This document shows, in pieces, positions 9,620 through 20,397 of a DNA stretch of 64,000 nucleotides (its first letter is position 1; every line of letters starts with the position of its first letter). The position numbers were made by a program, and so were the translations under genes. A model generated the notes under the pieces. That model did not search any database and was not told the origin of the DNA. It saw only the letters and a list, made by a program, of their open reading frames with translations. Source of the stretch: Deltaproteobacteria bacterium (GTDB lineage: Bacteria > Desulfobacterota > Desulfobulbia > Desulfobulbales > JAGXFP01); contig JAGVGT010000021.1 of NCBI GenBank assembly GCA_020056965.1, positions 30,717 to 94,716 of the forward strand. The letters are read 5' to 3'.

Positions 9620-11359
9620 TTAGGCCTTGCTTTCCCCTTCTGCCGCCTTATCGCGGGTCACCATTTCTTCCTTGAGCAAATCACCGATCGTGGTCGGTGC
9701 CTTACTGGTGGTTTCCTTGATTTTATAGTCGTTATAGCTGGCCTGGCCTGAGTCATCGGTCAAGGCCTTGATGGACAGACCGATTTTGCGGTCCTTGGCG
9801 GAGACGTTGATGACCTTGGTCTGGATGGTGTCACCGACATTGTAAAGACCCACAGGGGTTTCTACTTTGTCTTTGCTGATTTCGGAGACATGGATCAAGC
9901 CCTCAATGCCTTCCTCCAGCTCAACAAAGACGCCGAAGTCGGTAACGTTGGTGATCTTACCATCCACGCTGGAACCGAGCGGGTATTTCTCCACCGCAGC
10001 CAGCCAAGGATCAGGCTCAAGCTGCTTGATACCCAAGGAGAATCGCTCATTTTCCCGATCAATTTTCAATACCACAGCCTGGATGGTTTCAGCCTTGCTG
10101 TATTTTTCGGAAGGATGTTTGATTCGTTCGGTCCAAGAGAGGTCGGAGACATGGATCAGACCGTCGATGCCTTCCTCGATACCAATGAATATCCCGAAGT
10201 CGGTGATATTCTTGATTTTACCCTCAATGATCGAGCCAACCGGGTAGTTCTCGGAAACCAGATCCCATGGGTTGGGCTGCAATTGCTTCATGCCCAGGGA
10301 AATACGCTTGGCACTGGCGTCGATATTGAGAATCTGCACCTCGACCTGATCACCGATATCGAGAATCTTGGAAGGATGCCGGGTTTTCTTCGACCAGGAC
10401 ATTTCAGAGATGTGAATCAAACCTTCAACGCCCTCTTCCAGTTCGGCGAAAACACCATAATCAGTGGTGCTGACCACGGTGCCGGTGGTTTTGGTGCCGA
10501 CCGGATAGCGCTCTTGTACGGATTTCCAAGGATCTTCCTTGAGTTGCTTGACACCCAGGGAGACCTTATCGGTATCCTTGTCATACTTGAGGACCTTGAC
10601 CTCAATCTCGTCGCCGACCTTGAACAACTTGGAGGGGTGAGATACACGGCCCCAGGAAAGGTCGGTGATGTGGCAGAGGCCGTCCATGCCGCCCAGGTCG
10701 ATGAAGATACCGTAGTCGGTGATGTTGGTGATCGAGCCCTTAACGACAGCGCCTTCCACCAGGGTTGAGCGCATTTCGGTGCGAAGTTTGTTGCGTTCTT
10801 CCTCAAGGATGGCCCGGCGAGAAATAACCACGTTGTTTCTTTTGCGGTTATATTTGAGCACCCGGAAGTCAAAGGTCTGGCCGATGAGACTGTCCATATC
10901 CTTGACGGGGCGAAGATCGATTTGTGAGTAGGGGAGAAAGGCTGGTACGCCGATATCGACAGAAAGACCACCTTTGACCCGGCTGTCGATGCGACCCTGA
11001 ATGGTGCCGTTCTCTTCCTGAATTTTCGCAATCGCTTCCCAGACTTTGATGCCGATAGCCTTTTCGCGGGAGAGCTTGATGCCGCCTTCGGCTTCCCTCT
11101 TTTCGACGAAAACGTCGAAGGTGTCGCCGATCTTCACATCGGCGGCTTCGCCGTCGGTCTTAAATTCGGAGAGCGGGATGGTGCTTTCGGATTTGTCTCC
11201 GATGTCGATGATGGCCAAGTCCTTGGTCAGACCGATCACGGTGCCACAGACGACCTCGCCGACATCAGCCACTTTTACCTGGCTGCTTTCGAAGAGTTGC
11301 GCGAATGACCCTAATTCGGCCATTGCATTGGTTGGGGTTGTGCTTTTAGTGGTTGCCAT
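9620..11359 (-). CDS. rpsA: 30S ribosomal protein S1
   Basis: 579 aa with six repeated S1 domains (recurrent G.V..IT.FG.F+.L..G+.GL+H+S). Confidence 0.95.
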   Translation of the reverse strand: MATTKSTTPTNAMAELGSFAQLFESSQVKVADVGEVVCGTVIGLTKDLAIIDIGDKSESTIPLSEFKTDGEAADVKIGDTFDVFVEKREAEGGIKLSREKAIGIKVWEAIAKIQEENGTIQGRIDSRVKGGLSVDIGVPAFLPYSQIDLRPVKDMDSLIGQTFDFRVLKYNRKRNNVVISRRAILEEERNKLRTEMRSTLVEGAVVKGSITNITDYGIFIDLGGMDGLCHITDLSWGRVSHPSKLFKVGDEIEVKVLKYDKDTDKVSLGVKQLKEDPWKSVQERYPVGTKTTGTVVSTTDYGVFAELEEGVEGLIHISEMSWSKKTRHPSKILDIGDQVEVQILNIDASAKRISLGMKQLQPNPWDLVSENYPVGSIIEGKIKNITDFGIFIGIEEGIDGLIHVSDLSWTERIKHPSEKYSKAETIQAVVLKIDRENERFSLGIKQLEPDPWLAAVEKYPLGSSVDGKITNVTDFGVFVELEEGIEGLIHVSEISKDKVETPVGLYNVGDTIQTKVINVSAKDRKIGLSIKALTDDSGQASYNDYKIKETTSKAPTTIGDLLKEEMVTRDKAAEGESKA

Positions 11360-11535
11360 TAGGTTGTTTCCTCCGTCCTAGTTATAGAAAGCGGTTTATA
11401 TACCAGAGAGAACGATCAAAAACAATATTTTCTTGTGAAAAACCCCCGCCCGAGGAAAACACCAAATAATAGGTGGCGGCAAATGTTTCGTTAGCCAAAA
11501 GTTGTCGCGGAAATTTCCAGATGGGGCGGGTAGGC

Positions 11536-12468
11536 TCAGACGGCGGCTTCGATGGTCGGGGCGAAAACCATCCGATTACGACCGGTGGCCTTGGCTTGAT
11601 ACATTGCTGCGTCCGCCCGGTTAATCAGCGCGAGGACATCTTCTTCTCGGTAGCCGTTGATGGGGGTGAATTCGGCTATCCCCAAACTCAAGCCGGTATT
11701 GTCGAAGCTACTGTCGGAGAATGACTTGATGATCCGCTCGCCAACCATGGCTACCTGTTCCCTGGTGATGTGGGGGGTGACCACCGAAAATTCATCGCCG
11801 CCATGGCGGAAAACCAGATCGACATCCGCCCTGGTGCACTTATGGAGAATAGCGCCAACGGCCATCAGCAACAGATCCCCGCGCTGATGGCCGTGCCGGT
11901 CGTTATAAGATTTGAAATTATCGACATCCAACATGATCAAAAAAAGAGGATAATTTTGCCGTTGAGCCCGGTGCAACTCTTCTTTGATTTTTTGGTCGAA
12001 ATAACGCCGGTTGTACAATTCGGTCAGGGGATCGCAGTTGGACAGGTGTTCGAGTTTTTTTACAAGTTGATGTTCTCTGATGATGCGGTTGATCTTGGCC
12101 TCCAGCTCATCGGTGTTGAAGGGCTTGGAGATGAAATCACTGGCCCCTGCTCTGATGACATCCATATAACTGAAGGTGCCGGTATAGCCGGTAACCACAA
12201 TGACATCGGTCCGTGGGTAATTTTTTTTCACATGTTCGAGAAGTTGCATGCCGTCAATCTCAGGCATCATCATGTCGGTAATGACTAGCTCAAATTCCTC
12301 TTTCTGGAGCAAGGCAATGGCTTCCCGACCATTGTTGGCGGCTACCGGCTTGAAGCCGAAGGAGTTAATTGAGATTCCCAAGAGTTCCAGAACCAAGGGG
12401 TCATCATCAACGATCAGGATGCGGATATTATGGGCGGGTCTATCGGGCTCGGTGTCTGTAGTAGTCAT
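11536..12468 (-). CDS. Response regulator receiver fused to GGDEF diguanylate cyclase
   Basis: Start chosen at the ATG at 12468 (MTTTDTEPD…RILIVDDD). The GGDEF motif is intact ([10 protein letters not shown]). The track ORF extends further upstream into the Nudix gene. Confidence 0.85.
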   Translation of the reverse strand: MTTTDTEPDRPAHNIRILIVDDDPLVLELLGISINSFGFKPVAANNGREAIALLQKEEFELVITDMMMPEIDGMQLLEHVKKNYPRTDVIVVTGYTGTFSYMDVIRAGASDFISKPFNTDELEAKINRIIREHQLVKKLEHLSNCDPLTELYNRRYFDQKIKEELHRAQRQNYPLFLIMLDVDNFKSYNDRHGHQRGDLLLMAVGAILHKCTRADVDLVFRHGGDEFSVVTPHITREQVAMVGERIIKSFSDSSFDNTGLSLGIAEFTPINGYREEDVLALINRADAAMYQAKATGRNRMVFAPTIEAAV

Positions 12469-12880
12469 CCATAATCTCTTGATGGTCGAAAGCCAGTGGG
12501 GGCAGATTTGCCCTGGTAAAAACCGCTGCCTCAGCCGCATCGTCACCAGCCTGAGGGATGCCCTGCGCGGTAGCGAGGAACACGGTCGAGATAGTGTGCC
12601 TTCTGGAATCGCGGCTTGGGTTTGAATAGGTGTGAAATTGCTCAAGCAGTTTCACCCGCAAGCCCGTTTCCTCAAAAGCCTCCCGCACCGCCGCAGATTC
12701 AAGACTTTCGCCGTACTCAACGAATCCCCCCGGCAAGGCCCAACCGGGAGGAGGGTTGCTTCTCCTGATCAGAACAACACCGTCACCCATTTCGATTATA
12801 ACATCGACAGTGGGAACCGGGTTGCGGAAGCTTTCCAGCTCCTTGCCACAATGTGGGCAAAGCGCTCTTGGTGAATCCAT
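12440..12880 (-). CDS. NUDIX hydrolase with N-terminal zinc ribbon
   Basis: Nudix box [24 protein letters not shown] and an N-terminal CPHCG. The ATG at 12880 is preferred. The track start at 12907 is a TTG. Confidence 0.8.
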   Translation of the reverse strand: MDSPRALCPHCGKELESFRNPVPTVDVIIEMGDGVVLIRRSNPPPGWALPGGFVEYGESLESAAVREAFEETGLRVKLLEQFHTYSNPSRDSRRHTISTVFLATAQGIPQAGDDAAEAAVFTRANLPPLAFDHQEIMDDYYRHRAR

Positions 12881-12894
12881 TTTCTCAGATATTT

Positions 12895-13467
12895 CTACCG
12901 AAAACAAAGTTCCCGGATCTCCGCCCAGGTCTCAACCGACCGATGCGTGTGGCGGCCGCGGTTCCATGGCTGACTGTAGACAATGGGGATAATCCCAGGT
13001 TCGGCAGCCAACAGGTTGCAGGTCAGGTGGCGGTCGTCAATAAAATAGTTCAAACCAAGCCGTTTGATGTGGGCGGTTTTGCCGTCGTGGTCGCCGGTAG
13101 CGATCAGCCTGGCCGGGGAGAAAGATTCGCTACCAAGGTGCTTTTCCAGCCAAGCCGCGATGGGTTTCGGGTCGGGCCGGGCGGTTATGAAAGTCAAGGG
13201 ACCGACCTTTGCCATTTCTCTGAGGACGACCATGGAGTCCTGAGTGGGCCGAAGATCGATTTCCAGCGGGGTGAGCAGAAGTCGCTCAAAAATCTCGGCA
13301 ATGACCTCCCCAGGCATGGGGAGACAATCTTCGACTGTGAAATCGGTTATCTCCTCCAAAAGAACATTAATAGAATAATCCTCTCGGGCCAGTCGGATGA
13401 ACGCTTCAGTGGTGTCGGCCACAACTCCGTCTATATCAAAACCGAGTTGGCTGCAAGGGATGCGCAT
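12895..13467 (-). CDS. HAD-superfamily 5-prime-nucleotidase-like hydrolase
   Basis: 190 aa with HAD motif I ([11 protein letters not shown]) and an NT5C-like layout. Confidence 0.65.
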   Translation of the reverse strand: MRIPCSQLGFDIDGVVADTTEAFIRLAREDYSINVLLEEITDFTVEDCLPMPGEVIAEIFERLLLTPLEIDLRPTQDSMVVLREMAKVGPLTFITARPDPKPIAAWLEKHLGSESFSPARLIATGDHDGKTAHIKRLGLNYFIDDRHLTCNLLAAEPGIIPIVYSQPWNRGRHTHRSVETWAEIRELCFR

Positions 13468-13778
13468 TTCGTTAGTTGGTTGATTTTACCTCACTAACAG
13501 CGCGAGGGGTAGGCCGGTTTTGGATTTAAATTTATTTTACTTATGATGCCGTATACTGAGATGGGCGTCAAGCTTAAGCCGTAATTTACCTATGCGGTCT
13601 TCGATAATGGTCCATGGTTGGCGTCTGGTCGCTTGACAAATATGTTTAAAGAAGTCATATTCTCCGCTGCTCTTTTGACTGATCCGGGCGCTAACCCTCG
13701 GTTTTGGTGCGTTTTCTACCTTCGCTTCCGCCCGTGCGGCCTCCTTTGCCCAGCATTTTTTTTAAGGTTACTCAGCCA

Positions 13779-14774
13779 ATGAAACTACCCCCGTTGAAAA
13801 TCGGACCGTTTGTTGCCCCCATCCCCCTTATCCAGGGCGGGATGTCCATAAGGGTTTCTACCTCTGCCCTGGCTATCCCGGTTGCCGAGTGCGGCGGGAT
13901 TGGTACCATTGGCGGCTCCGCCATCCCGGTCGAGGAACTTAAGGCCGATATCCGCCGGGCCAAAGCCGCCACCAATGGCGTGGTCGCGGTCAATATCATG
14001 TTCGCCATGAAGAATTTTTACAATCTGGTCATGGCCTCAATCGAGGCCGGTGTCGATATGATCGTCACCGGGGCCGGTTTTTCGCGGGATATTTTCAAAA
14101 TCGGCGAGGAAACCAATACCCCCATTGTTTCCATTGTTTCCTCCCCGGCCTTCGCTCGGCTGGCGGAAAAGCTCGGGGCGGCGGCGATCATTGTCGAGGC
14201 CAAAGAGGCTGGTGGCCACCTAGGCACCGATCGCGCCCTGCGGGAAATTTTTCCGGAGATTCGCAAGGTGGTGACCAAGGTCCCTTTGATTGCCGCCGGC
14301 GGCATTACCAATGGCTACGAAATGGCCGAGATGATGGACAAATATGGCGCCGATGGAGTGCAGATCGCCACCAGGTTTGTCTTGACCAAGGAATGCTCTG
14401 TGGACGAAAGTTTCAAACAGGCCATGCTTAAAGCCAGGAAAGAGGATGTGGTTTTGATCCGTTCGCCAGTCGGGTTGCCAGGCCGGGCTATCCGTAACCC
14501 TTTTGTCGAAAAACTCAGACACGAAGGTCAGGGGCTGGAGGCCAGAAAGTGCGTCTACAAGTGCCTCAAGAAATGCGACCATGTCTACTGTATTTCCGAA
14601 AGGCTGATGCAGGCCAGAGACGGCAATGTCGAAGATGGGTTGGTTTTTTCCGGTGAGAATGTCTATAAAATCCATGACATTCTGACGGTCAAAGAGGTCT
14701 TCGATCAATTTGTCAGCCAAGCCGAGTCGGTATACAAGGAAAATACCGAATGGCCGGTTGTGGTGCCAGCCTGA
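13779..14774 (+). CDS. Nitronate monooxygenase / FabK-like FMN oxidoreductase
   Basis: ATG at 13779 (MKLPPLKIGPF…IPLIQGGMS). TIM-barrel NPD family motifs are present (EAGGHLG, AAGGI). Confidence 0.75.
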   Translation: MKLPPLKIGPFVAPIPLIQGGMSIRVSTSALAIPVAECGGIGTIGGSAIPVEELKADIRRAKAATNGVVAVNIMFAMKNFYNLVMASIEAGVDMIVTGAGFSRDIFKIGEETNTPIVSIVSSPAFARLAEKLGAAAIIVEAKEAGGHLGTDRALREIFPEIRKVVTKVPLIAAGGITNGYEMAEMMDKYGADGVQIATRFVLTKECSVDESFKQAMLKARKEDVVLIRSPVGLPGRAIRNPFVEKLRHEGQGLEARKCVYKCLKKCDHVYCISERLMQARDGNVEDGLVFSGENVYKIHDILTVKEVFDQFVSQAESVYKENTEWPVVVPA

Positions 14775-14873
14775 TGGGGCTTTCGCGGGAAGCCCTCGCT
14801 CTCGGGGGCTTCTCCTTGGCCGCCACAGCCATAACACCAGCCAAGACTCCTTTCTGCGTTCGCCTCACCCAGG

Positions 14874-16205
14874 ATGTCTGAACCTTCTCGCCCGAGCATA
14901 CCGGTTGAGCTGCCCCCGCCCCTGATTATTTCGCGGGATCAGCACCCTGTGTCCAGGAAAGACATCGATATTGAAGCCCTCAAGGTCATGTACCGCCTGC
15001 GCGATGCCGGATTCGCCGCCTACCTGGTGGGCGGCGGGGTACGGGATCTCTATCTGGGCAAAACCCCCAAAGATTTTGATATCAGCACCGATGCACGGCC
15101 CGGAGAGATTCGGAAGATTTTCCGTAACAGCCGGATCATCGGCAAGCGCTTCCGGCTGGTCCAGGTCTTCTACCGGGGCAACAAGATCATCGAGGTTTCC
15201 ACCCTTCGCAGTCTCAGTGAGCATGACCTAGACGGCTCCGAAGAAGTTCTGCCCGCCAACAACACCTTCGGGACCGTGGCCGAAGACGCCTGGCGCCGAG
15301 ATTTGACCATCAATGCCCTGTTCTATGATGTCGACAATTTCACGATCCTCGATCACGTGGGCGGAGTTGAGGATCTGCATAATGGTATAATCCGGATGGT
15401 CGGCGACCCGGGGCGCCGGATCAGGCGTGATCCGGTCCGGATCATGCGGGCCGTGCGGCATGCCGCCCGGATCAATTTCACCATCGAGCCCGCAACCTGG
15501 CAGGCGATCAAGGACCATCTCGATTATCTCCTGCATTGCCCGGAGTCACGGATCAGGGACGAGCTGTTCAAGGACCTGAAAAGCGGGGCGAGTAGCGCCT
15601 GGGCGGCTCTGGCCATGGACTGCGGACTGTTTTCGGCAATTTTCCCCTTTTATCCCCAGCCCTTGGCTCCGGAGACCAGGCAGGGAGTGCTGGCCAACCT
15701 GGCGGTGGCGGATCGCCTGCAGGCCGAGGGTGTGGTTCTGCCCGAGCATTTTCTGCTGGCCTTGCTGCTGTTGCCCTGGGCTTTACGGGAACTAAATCTT
15801 CTAGAGGCACCGAGCCAGGGGCAGGTCGGGTTTGAATTTGCCCGGGAGATTCGTACCCGCCTGGATCAACTGTTGGCAAAATTGAACTTTACCAAGGCCC
15901 AGAAAGAGGGGATTGTCGTCCTGCTCGTCACGCTGCCGAGTTTTGTGGCCCATGCCGGCAAGGAAAGCATGCCCAAGTGGTTGCTACGAAAAAGTTATTT
16001 CCCCGAAGGTTTGCTCTTTTATCAGACCTATCAGGAGGCCTTGGGAGGGGCGCCGGTCAAACCCGAGAAAGTCGTGGTGTCCGAAGCGCCTGATCAGGAG
16101 GTCAGAAAACCCGCCCGTGAAAGACCAGGCCGGCGCCGCTCCGGGCGTACTCCAGCCGTGCTTAAAGAGTCCGACGGAGGGATTTTCGGGTTCAAGAAAA
16201 AATGA
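14874..16205 (+). CDS. pcnB: Poly(A) polymerase I / tRNA nucleotidyltransferase family
   Basis: 443 aa with YLVGGGVRDLYLGKTPKDFDI, RDLTINALFYD, and a basic C-terminal tail. Confidence 0.85.
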   Translation: MSEPSRPSIPVELPPPLIISRDQHPVSRKDIDIEALKVMYRLRDAGFAAYLVGGGVRDLYLGKTPKDFDISTDARPGEIRKIFRNSRIIGKRFRLVQVFYRGNKIIEVSTLRSLSEHDLDGSEEVLPANNTFGTVAEDAWRRDLTINALFYDVDNFTILDHVGGVEDLHNGIIRMVGDPGRRIRRDPVRIMRAVRHAARINFTIEPATWQAIKDHLDYLLHCPESRIRDELFKDLKSGASSAWAALAMDCGLFSAIFPFYPQPLAPETRQGVLANLAVADRLQAEGVVLPEHFLLALLLLPWALRELNLLEAPSQGQVGFEFAREIRTRLDQLLAKLNFTKAQKEGIVVLLVTLPSFVAHAGKESMPKWLLRKSYFPEGLLFYQTYQEALGGAPVKPEKVVVSEAPDQEVRKPARERPGRRRSGRTPAVLKESDGGIFGFKKK

Positions 16206-17122
16206 ATACGGCCCTTGATCTTGCCAAATGGCGCCAGCTTGGTCTGTCTGAACTTATGCGGCTGGCCTTGGCGCAAAAACTTTCCAGCCGCGGCAACCAG
16301 GTTTCTCTCTGCAGTATCATCAACGCCAAATCGGGTAAATGTAGCGAAGATTGCCGTTTTTGCGTCCAGTCGTCGCACTACCGAACCGCGGCACCGGTTT
16401 ACCCCTTGAAAAGTATCACGGAAGTGGTGGCGGCCGCGCGCGAGGCCAAAAATGCCGGGGCGGCCAGATTTTCCCTGGTCACCAGTGGTCGCGGGCCGAG
16501 TGCGAAAGAACTGGTCGGGGTTGTTGAGCTGGTCCAGGCGATCCGGGCGGAAGTCCCGATCCAGGTCTGCGCCTCTTTAGGAATCCTCGACCAGAAGGGC
16601 CTGCAGATCCTCAAAGCGGCGGGGGTAAGCCGCTATCATCACAATCTGGAAACCTCCCGGGAATACTTCCCGCAGGTGGCCACCACCCACACCTTCGCGG
16701 AACGAGTAGCCACGATTCGGGCCGCCCAGGCGGCCGGCCTGGAGGTCTGCGCCGGGGGAATCTTCGGACTCGGTGAAAGCGAGGATGACCGGATTTCCCT
16801 GGCCCTCACCCTGAAAGAACTGGGAGTCGACTCGGTTCCCCTCAACGTCTTATTGCCCCTGCCCGGCACCCCCATGGCCGCCATGAAGCCCCTGGTAGTG
16901 GCCGAGATCATACGCTCCCTAGCCCTTTATCGTCTGATCCTGCCGGAGGTGCCAATCCGTTTGGCAGCCGGTCGGGAAAGCACTCTGACCGATTTCTTGG
17001 GGATGGCTTTCATGGCCGGGGCCGATGGCATGATGGTCGGCGGCTATTTGACCCAGAGAGGGCGCCAGCCCGATGCAGATCAACATTTTGTCGCGGAAAT
17101 CCTCCGGATATGGACTTCCTGA
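16202..17122 (+). CDS. bioB: Biotin synthase
   Basis: 306 aa with the radical-SAM CSEDCRFCVQS motif. ATGA overlap with pcnB. Confidence 0.9.
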   Translation: MNTALDLAKWRQLGLSELMRLALAQKLSSRGNQVSLCSIINAKSGKCSEDCRFCVQSSHYRTAAPVYPLKSITEVVAAAREAKNAGAARFSLVTSGRGPSAKELVGVVELVQAIRAEVPIQVCASLGILDQKGLQILKAAGVSRYHHNLETSREYFPQVATTHTFAERVATIRAAQAAGLEVCAGGIFGLGESEDDRISLALTLKELGVDSVPLNVLLPLPGTPMAAMKPLVVAEIIRSLALYRLILPEVPIRLAAGRESTLTDFLGMAFMAGADGMMVGGYLTQRGRQPDADQHFVAEILRIWTS

Positions 17123-18294
17123 AACGCCGGCTGGCGGAATACCTCGCCGCCGGCCGTTATCGGCGCCTACAGCCGGTGGTCGAACGGCTTGATGGCCGGC
17201 TGGTCTTGGCCGACAGCGATGACCGACCACTGCTGGACTTTTCTTCCAACGATTATCTGGCCCTGTCGCAACACCCGCAACTGATCAAGGCCAGTCGTGA
17301 GGCCTTAGAAAGGTATGGTGTCGGGGTAGGGGCGGCTCGACTGATGAGTGGTGATCTGGCCCTTTTTCACCAGTTGGAGAGAGAGGTCGCCGACTTCAAG
17401 GGCTGTCCGGCAGCCCTGCTCTTCGGGAGCGGCTACATGGCCAATGTCGGGATGATCCCCGCCTTGGTCGGCCGCGGCGATGTGGTTTTTACCGACCGCC
17501 TTGATCATGCCAGCATTTATGACGGGTGCCGCCTGGCCGGCGCTAGATTGCTGCGATTTCGCCACAATGACCTGGAACATCTCGAATCACTGCTGAATAA
17601 AGAGCGGGGAACGGGCCGCGGGCTGGTGGTGGTAGAGTCTCTCTACAGTATGGATGGCGATATTGCCCCTTTGGCCGAGCTGGTGGAACTGAAAAATCGC
17701 CATTCCTGTTTGCTGATGGTGGACGAAGCCCATGCCACCGGGCTTTACGGAGAGCAAGGCGGCGGTCTCATCCAAGCGGCCGGGCTGGAGGGTGAGGTGG
17801 AGGTGGTCATGGGCACCTTCGGCAAGGCCTTGGGCAGCTATGGCGCTTATGTCGCCGGTTCGCAGACCCTGCGCGACTACCTGATCAACCGGGCCCGCAG
17901 TTTCATATACTCCACCGGTCTGCCCCCGGCGGTGGTGGGCGCCTCGCTGGCGGCGGTCAAGTTGGTACGCAGCAGCCCCGATCTCCGGCAGCAGCTGGCC
18001 GAGAAAGCCGCCTATTTCAAGGAATGCCTAAGAGCGGCGGGCCTACCGGGAACTGCCGGGCCATCACACATCGTGCCGGTCATGGTTGGTTCCGGGACCA
18101 TCGCGCTCAGTCTGGCCGAGGAATGTTGCCGCCAGGGCCTGTTTGCAACGGCGATCCGCCCCCCTACCGTGCCGGAAGGTACAGCCCGGGTCAGGTTTTC
18201 GGTGACTATCCACCATCAAAAAGCTGATCTGGCCGAGGCCGCCCGCTTATTGATGGACGCCTGCCGGACCTTGGCGATCAGCGCCTCTTTTTAA
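17110..18294 (+). CDS. bioF: 8-amino-7-oxononanoate synthase
   Basis: 394 aa PLP enzyme (DEAHATG, GTFGKALG). It overlaps the end of bioB. Confidence 0.9.
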   Translation: MDFLKRRLAEYLAAGRYRRLQPVVERLDGRLVLADSDDRPLLDFSSNDYLALSQHPQLIKASREALERYGVGVGAARLMSGDLALFHQLEREVADFKGCPAALLFGSGYMANVGMIPALVGRGDVVFTDRLDHASIYDGCRLAGARLLRFRHNDLEHLESLLNKERGTGRGLVVVESLYSMDGDIAPLAELVELKNRHSCLLMVDEAHATGLYGEQGGGLIQAAGLEGEVEVVMGTFGKALGSYGAYVAGSQTLRDYLINRARSFIYSTGLPPAVVGASLAAVKLVRSSPDLRQQLAEKAAYFKECLRAAGLPGTAGPSHIVPVMVGSGTIALSLAEECCRQGLFATAIRPPTVPEGTARVRFSVTIHHQKADLAEAARLLMDACRTLAISASF

Positions 18295-19135
18295 CGATTT
18301 TTCTCTCGTCTGGTTCCGGTTGGCAGCCCGGGCAGTAATAACTGGCCCGTCCACCCAAACGTACTTTTTTGATCGGTTTTTGGCAGATGGGGCAGGCTTC
18401 GCCTTCCCGGCCGTAAACCTGAAGCCTGGTCTGGAAATAGCCTTTTTCGCCGCGACTGTTGACATAGTCGGAAATAGTGGTGCCGCCGCAAGCGATGGCG
18501 GCCTTGAGGATCAGCCGGCTGTTGGTGACGATCTTTTGCCACTGTTGAAGGCTGAGGTGACCCGCCGGGGTGGCGGGATTGACCCCGCTAACATGAAGGA
18601 TTTCGCTGGCGTAGATGTTGCCGATGCCGGTCACCACCCGGTTGTCCATCAGAAGATTTTTCACTGGTAGGGCGCGGCCCCGGGCCTGGCCGGCCAGGTA
18701 GTCGGCGTTGAACTCCGGCCGGAAGGGGTCCGGTCCCAGTTCACCGAATACTTCCGCCGGATTTTCGCCGGGCGCCAGGACCTGGATGGAACCGAACCGC
18801 CGGGTGTCGTGGAAGCGCAACTCCAGGCCATTGTCCAGCAGCCACCGGGCATGATCATGCTTGGCCGGCGCAGTTCCGGCCGGAAAGAAATTCAAGCGCC
18901 CGGTCATCCCCAGATGCACCACCAAACAGGCCGAAGAGTCCATATCCAGCACAATGAACTTGGCAACTCTTCTTACCGCCTTGATTTTCCGGCCGGTAAT
19001 CCAGGCCGAGAGTTGCTGGGCAGGGAGAGGTAGGCGCATTTTCTGGTGACTGAAAATGGCGGCGGTAATTGTTCTACCCACCAAATTAGGGACCAGACCT
19101 CGGCAGATCACTTCTACTTCGGGTAACTCGGGCAT
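18278..19135 (-). CDS. mutM: Formamidopyrimidine-DNA glycosylase
   Basis: 285 aa with N-terminal MPELPEVE and a C-terminal zinc finger (CPICQ…YYCPGCQ). Confidence 0.95.
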   Translation of the reverse strand: MPELPEVEVICRGLVPNLVGRTITAAIFSHQKMRLPLPAQQLSAWITGRKIKAVRRVAKFIVLDMDSSACLVVHLGMTGRLNFFPAGTAPAKHDHARWLLDNGLELRFHDTRRFGSIQVLAPGENPAEVFGELGPDPFRPEFNADYLAGQARGRALPVKNLLMDNRVVTGIGNIYASEILHVSGVNPATPAGHLSLQQWQKIVTNSRLILKAAIACGGTTISDYVNSRGEKGYFQTRLQVYGREGEACPICQKPIKKVRLGGRASYYCPGCQPEPDERKIVKKRR

Positions 19136-19333
19136 GGAGGACTCATAGTGGATGGTTTACTGAAGGCCAGAGAAAACTCTTATCAGGAATATAAGCGCCT
19201 TTAGCGGGATGGTGGTAAAAAAACATCCGCCCGGGAGAAAATTTTCATGACACCAAGAAAATACATGCTATCTTTAGCGATCCTTTGGCCCGACAGGGTT
19301 TGTGGTTATCCGCCGAAGATGTGGGGGAAGTAA

Positions 19334-20164
19334 ATGAAAGTAAGATGTCCCGATTGTGGTAGCAGAGGTTCATTAAATGCCGAACTGGCTGGCCAGATGG
19401 CCCGTTGTTCGCAATGCGGGGGCAAGTTTGTGGCCAAGGAGGACTTATCAAGTGGCGACGGCGTTAAATGGTACTACGCCGAAGGTGATCAGAAAATAGG
19501 GCCACTCAACGAAGACGAGTTTGCCTTGCTGGTTGGGGCTGGAACCATAGCTCCCGAGACCCTGGTCTGGAGGAAGGGTATGCGCGGTTGGCAAACCCTG
19601 ACGGAGACCAGAGGGGAAGAGACGGTGTTTATTCCCCATGTGGAAGAGGCGGATAATCAGGTGCCGAGTGCCGAATCCAAGCCAATGGCGGAGGCGCAAG
19701 AGATCCGCACGGCTGTTACTCCGGCCGGCTGGTCGACGGGCTTGGTTTACGCCGGCCGCGCCAAGCGCTTCTCGGCCAAGATGATCGACTTTGTTTTCAT
19801 GTTTACCCTGGCCACCATGATTGATGGCTTGAGTCGGCGACTGTTCCCGGCTGTTCAGGGTGCTGGCGGTGATATCGACAAGGTATACATCGTCACCATG
19901 CTGATCGACATGCTCTTGGGGATGATTTACCTGACTTGGTTTGTCGGGAAATTCGGGGCCACCCCGGGGAAGATGGTTTTCAATCTCAAGGTTGTTACTT
20001 CTTCGGGCGGCAAGGTTGGCTACCGTCAAGCCTTTGGTCGCTACTGGGCCGAGTCCGTCGTCATCTGGCTGACCCTCATGCTCGGTTATCTGCCGGTCCT
20101 CTTTGATTCGCAAAGGCGCGGTCTCCACGACCGGCTCTGCAACACCAGGGTCGTGCAACTTTAA
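19334..20164 (+). CDS. RDD-family membrane protein with N-terminal zinc ribbon and GYF_2-like domain
   Basis: 276 aa with CPDCG…CSQCG, then WYYAEGDQKIGPLNEDEF…WRKGMRGWQTL, and a C-terminal TM region ending in the RRGLHDRL (RDD) motif. Confidence 0.7.
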   Translation: MKVRCPDCGSRGSLNAELAGQMARCSQCGGKFVAKEDLSSGDGVKWYYAEGDQKIGPLNEDEFALLVGAGTIAPETLVWRKGMRGWQTLTETRGEETVFIPHVEEADNQVPSAESKPMAEAQEIRTAVTPAGWSTGLVYAGRAKRFSAKMIDFVFMFTLATMIDGLSRRLFPAVQGAGGDIDKVYIVTMLIDMLLGMIYLTWFVGKFGATPGKMVFNLKVVTSSGGKVGYRQAFGRYWAESVVIWLTLMLGYLPVLFDSQRRGLHDRLCNTRVVQL

Positions 20165-20397
20165 TGGCCCAGCTTACCCACTTCTGGGTACGGCGTTCGA
20201 TCCACTGCGTTGAGCCGCACTTTTTTCATTCAACCTACCGAGTCGACAACTCATTCGCGGTTCGCTCCCGGGTCCTTATAACTATTACTTTGCTCTCTTA
20301 ACCGGTCCGATAAACGGTTGCCAGTCGGGTAATTTTGGTCGTAACTTCGCGGCGAACGCCTGTGGCGGTTGCTGTTCCTGGGGACTTTCCCCCATTC

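Noticed and set aside
20186-20225. A tRNA-like string (…GGCGTTCGATCCACTGCG…) followed by a T-run between the RDD gene and the radical-SAM fusion gene, considered as a tRNA fragment or att remnant.
   Set aside because: I could not pair a T-stem or an acceptor stem around the TTCGATC loop. The resemblance is limited to about 9 nt.
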